From NCBI GenBank assembly GCA_048882505.1, contig JBHLRO010000032.1, positions 1-32,000 of the forward strand: 32,000 bases of DNA. Reading direction: 5' to 3'. The position numbers and the translations under genes were made by a program. The notes below the pieces were generated by a model that was not told the origin of the DNA, did no database searches, and saw nothing but the letters and a program-made list of their open reading frames with translations. Shown piece after piece: positions 25,508-32,000 of this stretch. Within the stretch, counting starts at the first letter, position 1; each line of letters begins with the position of its first letter. This DNA comes from Candidatus Thorarchaeota archaeon (lineage in GTDB: Archaea > Asgardarchaeota > Heimdallarchaeia > Hodarchaeales > Hodarchaeaceae).

Positions 25508-26782
25508 CTAAAAAGCTATTTGAGTATATTTGGTTCCTTTCCACCAGATTAAGCGTGAGGGAAGGACTTCAACAATAGTGCGACTTAAGATAGGTCGTGT
25601 TCGCCACGCAGTCGGTAAGAAACGTCGTTGTTCCTTATACTGCTTAAGATACTCGGGATATTTCCTATAAAAAAGGCTTCTAATCAAAAGAAGTCGAACT
25701 CCAAAAACCATTATGTACAAAATGGCAGTAAAAAGGTCATGTCCATAGACTCTTGCCTGGCCCTGAATTAATACTCCTTGGCTTTTTGCCAGCTCCCTTT
25801 CATCCCTTCTTTCAATACATACAGCCACCCTGGGGTTTTTACGTAAATGTCGAACTTTTGCGCTTTTAATGGAGGTGGCAAAGAACACATTTCTCCCGTC
25901 AAACACAAATAGCGTTGGAGTTACGTGAGGCATCCGGTTTTTCGATCTGGTACCAACATAGGCAAATCGAGTCGATGTTAAAAGGCGAATGACGTTTTCA
26001 GGAATTGCCTTGGCGTGGAGGATTCTTAGCTGAAGAAGATTAACGGTTGCAGAAATAAAAGCTACCGTCAAGTACAAATATAGTCCAATGATTAGAATAG
26101 GATCTAAGATAAGGAAGGGAAATAGAAAAATCCCGCCACCTAGAGCCAAATAATGGTATTTATCCGCTTCTTCTAGAACCTTAATGTTGTTAGGGAGGAA
26201 ATTCTCCTTTAATTTCGCGTTCTGGATAATCCGTCCTAACCAAACATTCCTACGGATTTGGGTGAACATAACATAGGTTGAGAGGCCAATTCGATAACAG
26301 ATATCCCACGAAACAAGAAATACGTACAAGAGGATAAACGGGGGGAGTGAAGTAAGTTGGAGTTCTTCCTGAAGTGTCACAATTAGAGAGTGAGGGGCCA
26401 ACAAGAAGACAAGAGTTATTATATATATAATTACACCTATAACAATGCTGGAGGGGTGAAATAGGGCATCCAGGTATTGAATTAGAAATTTCCTGTTAAC
26501 GCTGTTAAGTTTTTCAACCTGGGTTTCCCGTAAGATCCTAGCGTACCTGAAAATGCCCAGGGTCCAAACGCTAATACTGAGCGCTGCCATGATCCCTGAC
26601 ATAAAAAAATACGGAGGAATGGGGTAAACTACGAAAATTGCCACACCCCAGAGGAAATAGAGAACTGTTAACAGCCCTACGTTTAAAGGCGACTTAAATT
26701 TATTCAGAGGCCAAACGCCATCAAAAACCTGTTCTTGGAGAAACTTATAAGGCTTAGGACGTTGCATTTTGCCAAGTTTCAA
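25508..26782 (-). CDS. Polytopic membrane protein fused to a C-terminal PPOX-like split-barrel domain
   Basis: About six hydrophobic helices, then MPHVTPTLFVFDG...SAKVRHLRKNPRVAVCIE. Alternative ATG at 26767. Confidence 0.82.
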   Translation of the reverse strand: MKLGKMQRPKPYKFLQEQVFDGVWPLNKFKSPLNVGLLTVLYFLWGVAIFVVYPIPPYFFMSGIMAALSISVWTLGIFRYARILRETQVEKLNSVNRKFLIQYLDALFHPSSIVIGVIIYIITLVFLLAPHSLIVTLQEELQLTSLPPFILLYVFLVSWDICYRIGLSTYVMFTQIRRNVWLGRIIQNAKLKENFLPNNIKVLEEADKYHYLALGGGIFLFPFLILDPILIIGLYLYLTVAFISATVNLLQLRILHAKAIPENVIRLLTSTRFAYVGTRSKNRMPHVTPTLFVFDGRNVFFATSIKSAKVRHLRKNPRVAVCIERRDERELAKSQGVLIQGQARVYGHDLFTAILYIMVFGVRLLLIRSLFYRKYPEYLKQYKEQRRFLPTAWRTRPILSRTIVEVLPSRLIWWKGTKYTQIAF

Positions 26783-26830
26783 TATATATACCTCTCAATC
26801 GCCTTTAATGAAGTGAGTTGCCTAGATGGA

Positions 26831-26866
26831 CGAGTGGGATGGATCCATTCCACTTGGTTTTTTTTT
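26831..26866 (+). terminator. Intrinsic-terminator-like hairpin plus T9
   Basis: CGAGTGGGATG-gatc-CATTCCACTTG (11 bp, two G.U pairs), then G and nine T. Confidence 0.55.
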
Positions 26867-26963
26867 ATGATTTATCGTTCTTCGGAATTTTAATTTTTAA
26901 TTAATAAACTTTGGCACGAAAATTAGAAGTTTAACGTTCTTCTCGGAACAGTAGGAACGGCTT

Positions 26964-27410
26964 ATGTCAATAATAGCTGTAAAATCAAACGTGGAAGCAT
27001 CGATAGATCAGGTCTGGAATGTGATATCAAATTTTGAGCAACCCCATCGTTATCACCCTTATATCATCAAGACACAGTTGTTGAGTGATCAAAAACAAGG
27101 GATCGGCGCAAAACGTCGATGTGATATGAATGACAACACTTTCGTGGTTGAGGAGGTGATTGAGTGGATTGAAAAAGAACGTATAACCGTGGATGAAACC
27201 CATTTTCACGCTGTGTCTCAATCAAGAGTCTCCTTTGGATTAAATAAGTTAACTGCGTCAACCTCTGCAGTAACAATCAGAATGGATTATGTCCGAAAAC
27301 CAGGTTTCTTGGGGTGGCTGGAAGAGCAAATTACAGTCAAAATATTCATGAAACGGGTTTTCAAGAGGATAATAAAAAATATCGGGGAGATAATTCATAA
27401 TAGTTCGTAA
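26964..27410 (+). CDS. SRPBCC/START-fold ligand-binding protein
   Basis: ASIDQVWNVISNF..YHP, GIGAKRRC, EEVIEW. Confidence 0.85.
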   Translation: MSIIAVKSNVEASIDQVWNVISNFEQPHRYHPYIIKTQLLSDQKQGIGAKRRCDMNDNTFVVEEVIEWIEKERITVDETHFHAVSQSRVSFGLNKLTASTSAVTIRMDYVRKPGFLGWLEEQITVKIFMKRVFKRIIKNIGEIIHNSS

Positions 27411-27566
27411 AAGACACTTTTTTTTCTTATTAAGTATGGAAACTCTTCGGGTAAATAGAAAATCGCCGATTAAGCGGGAGAGATTCTTTAGTTCAACTTA
27501 TTAATACTGGGAGACCCATCATATTCGACAGTTAATTATAGGGGCGTTATAAAACTGAATTTTGGC

Positions 27567-28124
27567 TTGGTTGGAGGATGTGCGATGGGTGAGCGAATTC
27601 CTCAAGAGTCTTACACAGCGCATATTGTATTCTTTAATTATTCTCTTTGCTGTCTTCCATCGTTGGATAAGATGATAGGGGGCCTGGATGAGGCATGGCG
27701 AGTATTGAGACCAGGAGGATTACTCGTGAACTTCTATCCGTTTGTTGCACCCGTCCAGCTTTTTGCACGAATTGACTCCAATATATCTATCGAAGTTCCT
27801 CCATATACCCAGGGGATGGGATTCGATGAAAGCTACACGTTCAAGAATGCAGTCGTTTTCCGGGGATTTGAGCTGATCATTGAAGAAAAGATTACACTAA
27901 GATCATTTTATCGCTCCGAACACCAGGCAATGAAAGATATATTGCCTGAAAGAAGTATAAGGTATCTTGGAATTGATCAGTTCCTTAATTTTTGTATATC
28001 CAAATTGGTTGGGAAGTTTGTTACGAACCGAGAAAAACCTGAATGGTTCCAGCTCGGGAAAGATGATGAATTTACGCTCGTCTGTCAGATATTCATGAAA
28101 AAGGGTTACATGGCGAGGAATTAG
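27567..28124 (+). CDS. Class I SAM-methyltransferase-like ORF with degenerate or missing N-terminus
   Basis: EAWRVLRPGGLL motif present; no canonical GxGxG motif I in the track ORF; the frame opens only at 27492 after a TAG. Confidence 0.5.
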   Translation: MVGGCAMGERIPQESYTAHIVFFNYSLCCLPSLDKMIGGLDEAWRVLRPGGLLVNFYPFVAPVQLFARIDSNISIEVPPYTQGMGFDESYTFKNAVVFRGFELIIEEKITLRSFYRSEHQAMKDILPERSIRYLGIDQFLNFCISKLVGKFVTNREKPEWFQLGKDDEFTLVCQIFMKKGYMARN

Positions 28125-28156
28125 CAGCCGGATTTTTTCAAACGGTTGGATATTGA

Positions 28157-28184
28157 ATGTCGTCAAAGTGGAGATTGACGACAT
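28157..28184. repeat. Perfect 10-bp inverted repeat with 8-nt spacer
   Basis: ATGTCGTCAA-agtggaga-TTGACGACAT. Confidence 0.75.
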
Positions 28185-28382
28185 ACGCGATGGCTCATAT
28201 GTAATTCGATCATTGAGGAAAGATTCGGCTAGCTCACATGGAACTTCTGCTGGTATTCCTTATTGCCGCCTCCAAATGGGTTCCCAGATCAACTTGTTTA
28301 TATGATTAAGTTCCCTTTATCTTGTATTTACGAAATCTATAAACATGTCGATCCTGTCCGATGAAATCGAGGTGACAACTAG

Positions 28383-28853
28383 ATGGTGGAAATAGACCAT
28401 GGATTTGACACTGATATGACCTACGCAATAGCAGGAACATTCACAGGGGGGCTGTCAAGCAAGGGATTCCGAGCCTTGAAAGACGAATGGTTCAACGTGA
28501 AAAAAGTTTATCCTATCTGTCCTGACAAAGATAGTGTTGATGACATCAAAGCCTATCAATCTCTTGGCGAGCTTCCAGAGCCAGTAGATGTGGTTATTGT
28601 GGTACACAAACCTTCGATAACAACGGATATTGTGAGGCAAGCCAGCCGGTTGGATCCTAAACCAGCGATTTGGTTTATGCCCCGAACTGATACACCTGAG
28701 AGCATAGATATTTGTGAGCAAAATGGGATGAAATATGCTAGATCGTGCTTAATGGGACATCGGGAGGTTTCGGGGATGAAACGCTTCATTAATATTCACT
28801 ACTACCATTCAAGATTAGGAAAAATGAATCGTATTCCAAAACAAGTTAGCTAG
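28383..28853 (+). CDS. CoA-binding domain protein (YccU-like)
   Basis: YAIAG, VYPIC, AYQSLGELPEPVDVV, IWFMP, CLM. Confidence 0.85.
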   Translation: MVEIDHGFDTDMTYAIAGTFTGGLSSKGFRALKDEWFNVKKVYPICPDKDSVDDIKAYQSLGELPEPVDVVIVVHKPSITTDIVRQASRLDPKPAIWFMPRTDTPESIDICEQNGMKYARSCLMGHREVSGMKRFINIHYYHSRLGKMNRIPKQVS

Positions 28854-28983
28854 TGTTCCATGTCCCGCCGATTCTTGAGGACAATTTCGGGTAAATTCTC
28901 TCTTAGTGTATTCGTTGGATGACTATTATTCTTCTACTAAATCCATCAAAGCAGTTAAGTAATCCAACAAGCTACCTTTACGC

Positions 28984-29832
28984 ATGAACTATCCAGACCA
29001 TCGCCTCCTTGTAGATCCACTCTGGCTCGCAGAACATTTGGATGACAAAAATATTGTACTTATAGATTGTGTTTTCGATAGTAACGCCTATAGCAGAGCA
29101 CATATACTGGGGGCAATCATGCGACCTGGCACTCCGTATATTAAGTCCGTTAACGCCGATGGAAATCCCGCGCTTCATTTGCCATCACCTCAGGAATTCG
29201 CCAGTTTGATGAACCAGATGGGTGTTGGTACTGATACCAGTGTTGTTTGTTATGATGAGTGGGGATCCCTTTGGGCCACCCGTTTATGGTGGGCTCTCAG
29301 GGTTTACGGTCACACGAAGACAAGGATCCTGAACGGGGGGTGGCAGGGGTGGGTATCTCGTGAACTTCCTGTTTCTTATAAGATGGTTAAACCCGAAAAA
29401 CCAGAAAAGCCATTTCATTCCAGATTTCGTGAGGAATTCGTCGTATCTCTGGATACTCTAGAAAAGGAGTATAACTCTCCTAATTGGAAACTAATCGACG
29501 TTCGCTCTACAGATGAATATTACGGTGTTCGACCTGAAACAAATAAACGACTTGGACATATACCTGGGGCCATACATTTGGAGTGGACCCAATTAGCAAA
29601 AAATGGTCGAAACAAAGAAGCGATAAGAGAATTTCGTTCTCCCAGTGAGTTGGAAGAAATATTCTCAAATGTTGGAATCACTAGGGATAAGACTATCGTA
29701 ACTTATTGTCAATCAGCTATTCGTGCGACTCACACCGCATTTGCCCTAGAATTGTTGGGATATCCCAATGTTCGCGTTTATGACGGATCTATGAAAGAAT
29801 GGGCAAACTTAGAGCATACTCCTTTGATTTAA
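28984..29832 (+). CDS. Two-domain rhodanese / 3-mercaptopyruvate sulfurtransferase
   Basis: AHILGA, LNGGWQGW, IDVRS, GHIPGA, active site TYCQSAIRA, YDGSMKEW. Confidence 0.93.
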   Translation: MNYPDHRLLVDPLWLAEHLDDKNIVLIDCVFDSNAYSRAHILGAIMRPGTPYIKSVNADGNPALHLPSPQEFASLMNQMGVGTDTSVVCYDEWGSLWATRLWWALRVYGHTKTRILNGGWQGWVSRELPVSYKMVKPEKPEKPFHSRFREEFVVSLDTLEKEYNSPNWKLIDVRSTDEYYGVRPETNKRLGHIPGAIHLEWTQLAKNGRNKEAIREFRSPSELEEIFSNVGITRDKTIVTYCQSAIRATHTAFALELLGYPNVRVYDGSMKEWANLEHTPLI

Positions 29833-29876
29833 TAGTCTCCTAAACTGCTGCTCAAAACGGTTTTGTCGTACAACAC

Positions 29877-30461
29877 TTATTCCTTAGGATCCGATCCAGC
29901 ATTGAACTTGTCTAGATCCTGGTAATAAATGGTAATTCGGTCTTGATGGTCAAAGCCAACGCCTTCATAAGCTTTCCGGGCGGGGATATGTGCATCATCC
30001 AATCCTGTTTCAACCAACGCAAAACGAATTCCCAAACTTCTAAAATATTTCAAAACATGTCGATACATGAATTTTCCCCATCCTTGATCCCCGTGGGAAG
30101 GCAATACTGCGTTATTATCGAATATTCCGTAATTTTTTCCGGGTCTTAGTTTGAAGGAAACATAACCAAATACTTCGCCTCGTTTTTCTAAAACCCAGAT
30201 CCATTCTGGGTGTTCTTTAAACAGGCGATGATTTTGAGATGTTTTATTCTCGGGCCAAGGATTCTCCGGATCATAGTAAATCTCTTGATACGCTTCTCGA
30301 CCAACCATTTCAATAAAACTTTCATAGATCGGAGTATAACATGTAATAGTGATATGATCGATTGCCACGAAGTCTTCTGGCCGTGCATGACGGAGTATAA
30401 CATCATCTTTTTTGGCTATTATCAACATTAAAACACCCACAGCTTTCATAGAAATATTCAA
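29877..30461 (-). CDS. GNAT-family N-acetyltransferase
   Basis: IRHARPED-like start (ILRHARPED), AVLPSHGDQGWG motif A, ARKAYEGVGF. True start may be ATG 30449 or 30428. Confidence 0.88.
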   Translation of the reverse strand: MNISMKAVGVLMLIIAKKDDVILRHARPEDFVAIDHITITCYTPIYESFIEMVGREAYQEIYYDPENPWPENKTSQNHRLFKEHPEWIWVLEKRGEVFGYVSFKLRPGKNYGIFDNNAVLPSHGDQGWGKFMYRHVLKYFRSLGIRFALVETGLDDAHIPARKAYEGVGFDHQDRITIYYQDLDKFNAGSDPKE

Positions 30462-30750
30462 AGATGCCTATTCGTCTGCTGACTCCAAATTCAAAAACCG
30501 TTTGGAAACCCAAGAGACTCCTAACAGCGAACCTTTCTAGCTGATATACAGAAGTTATTTCCTCGGCCAAATCGGATCCTTCCTTTGGGAATGTAGCGAT
30601 GATTTGACCTACGCATATATATGGGCTATGGAGGAGGTAAGTTTCATAAAGGAGACGCAGCTCATGATTATCTGCCAGAAAAAGTGATTTGTTTTTCATT
30701 TGTGATTGTTTAGCGATAACATGTTGAGCTGGACTCAGGGAATCATCCAC
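30403..30750 (-). CDS. Possible small hypothetical protein between the aminopeptidase and GNAT genes
   Basis: Only ORF filling a 270-nt gap, on the same strand as its neighbours; no recognisable motif; overlaps both neighbours. Confidence 0.25.
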   Translation of the reverse strand: MDDSLSPAQHVIAKQSQMKNKSLFLADNHELRLLYETYLLHSPYICVGQIIATFPKEGSDLAEEITSVYQLERFAVRSLLGFQTVFEFGVSRRIGIFEYFYESCGCFNVDNSQKR

Positions 30751-31841
30751 TTGCCCTGTTGGTAGATTACATCGCCATCGAGGAGAATCTTCGCTTTAGG
30801 TCCCTTCATGTCCTTGAGAATGTCCCAATGAATAGCACTCTGGTTCTTGGATCCAGTTTCAGGATACCCGGATCCAATGGCCAGGTGGACTGTACCTCCC
30901 ATTTTTTCATCAAACAGCATATTTTTGGTGAATCGCTGAATGCCGTAATTGGTTCCCACTGCTAATTCACCTAGGATCTCTGCGTTTGTGGTGGTCAGCA
31001 ATTTCCCGAGTAATTTTTTCCCTTTTGCTGCGTCATGATCTGTTATCTTTCCATCCTTGAAGGTAAGTTTAATATTTTCAATCTCTTGACCCTGATAGAT
31101 ACCTGGATAGGTGAAACGAATGGATCCATTCGTACTGGATTCATCAGGCCCAGTAAAAACCTCTCCATCAGGAAGGTTGCGATGTCCAGAAGCGTTTATC
31201 CATTTTCTTCCTTCTATACCAAGAAATAGATCAGTATCCTCGCCAATGATGCGAAATTCCGACCCTTTGTTCAAAATCTCTATGATTTTCTCCTGTTTAA
31301 CTTCAACATTTTTCCAAAATCTGACAGGATCTTCCTGTAAATGTAGGGCATTATACACAAACTCCAAATATTCAAAACGTCCCATATTGGCCTCCTGAGC
31401 AAAGGAATTATTAGGAAAAGGCGCGATAACCCAATCAAGGTCCTTTTTCGCAGATCTTTCCATGAATATCTGATTTATTTCCTTTCTAGCCTCTGCGACC
31501 AAAGCCTTTTTTTCAGGTAAAACATTGGTAAGAGCGCGGGTGTTGAAGGAGGAATATATATTGATCAACTTTTTTACTTTTTTGATAATGTCAATAGCTG
31601 TGGTATCTACATACTCCAACTGCCCATCGGAAGCATATTTGTAGAAAGTCTCTAGCTGCCCATCAAAAGAAAGACGAGTTTGAATTACGTGCCCTCCTAC
31701 CTGCAATACTTCCCTATAGATTTCTCGAACAAGCTCCTGGGCGTTGTTAGGCCCTTGAATTATCACAGTATCTTCTGATTCAACACGGACCGCGTAATTC
31801 ACGACCAAACTTGCTAATTTTTCCGAATAATCACTGTACAT
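30735..31841 (-). CDS. Aminopeptidase, M29 (AmpS/aminopeptidase T) family
   Basis: NLPDGEVFTGP, GELAVGTN, LFDEKMGGTVHLAIG, SAIHWD. Confidence 0.95.
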   Translation of the reverse strand: MYSDYSEKLASLVVNYAVRVESEDTVIIQGPNNAQELVREIYREVLQVGGHVIQTRLSFDGQLETFYKYASDGQLEYVDTTAIDIIKKVKKLINIYSSFNTRALTNVLPEKKALVAEARKEINQIFMERSAKKDLDWVIAPFPNNSFAQEANMGRFEYLEFVYNALHLQEDPVRFWKNVEVKQEKIIEILNKGSEFRIIGEDTDLFLGIEGRKWINASGHRNLPDGEVFTGPDESSTNGSIRFTYPGIYQGQEIENIKLTFKDGKITDHDAAKGKKLLGKLLTTTNAEILGELAVGTNYGIQRFTKNMLFDEKMGGTVHLAIGSGYPETGSKNQSAIHWDILKDMKGPKAKILLDGDVIYQQGKWMIP

Positions 31842-32000
31842 TTCGGTTCCTCAAAGAAAAAAAGGATTTGTTTGATATAAGTAAGACCTTTTATACAAAA
31901 TTCGTATTAAATTACGAAAATTAACCTCAGACTCACCTGAACTTGAAAAAGAACGATATATTCATCCAACCAAAACAGGAATGAAACTCTGGATTGCTAT

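Noticed and set aside
28150-28195. SECIS element for the 28157-28184 hairpin
   Set aside because: No GA on the 3' side to form the tandem G.A quartet, and I found no convincing in-frame TGA selenoprotein in the window.
31981-32000. Possible gene start ATGAAACTCTGGATTGCT at the window end
   Set aside because: Only six codons are visible; cannot be supported.
1-32000. rRNA, tRNA, CRISPR array, IS element or provirus; the remaining short antisense ORFs in the track
   Set aside because: No cloverleaf, repeat-spacer periodicity, terminal repeats with target duplication, transposase or integrase seen by eye; the short ORFs lie antisense within well-supported genes.

Overview
Archaeal chromosomal window, most likely from an Asgard lineage. 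This is inferred from the tandem histone, nuclease-less N6-DNA methyltransferases, a form IV RuBisCO-like protein, a Tat-less reductive dehalogenase, an SLC44-like membrane protein, GGTGA/GGAG ribosome-binding motifs and TATA promoters; no marker gene confirms it. I found no rRNA, tRNA, CRISPR array, transposase or integrase. Gene order: partial DinB-family gene, SERCA-type Ca2+ ATPase, two gamma-class DNA methyltransferases flanking a doublet histone, a frameshifted membrane protein, an unannotated 47-aa zinc-finger gene, a RuBisCO-like protein converging on a MoxR-AAA/vWA + ubiquitin-like operon, a CTL/SLC44-like transporter, acyl-CoA ligase, DmpA peptidase, DinB, a PadR-arsM divergon, a reductive dehalogenase, then small redox, detox and housekeeping genes. 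Most notable: (1) an A10 tract exactly at the AAA/vWA junction, where either alternative frame stops within a few codons, so one gene could give both AAA-only and AAA-vWA subunits; it is coupled to a ubiquitin-like protein ending GG-K; (2) a PadR-fold regulator with a CCxxxC motif, divergent from an arsM that lacks one canonical cysteine, with a perfect 18-bp palindrome beside the shared TATA box; (3) an apparent homologue of eukaryotic SLC44/Pns1 transporters; (4) an asymmetric doublet histone between two orphan methyltransferases. All family assignments come from reading motifs by eye; no database searches were run.
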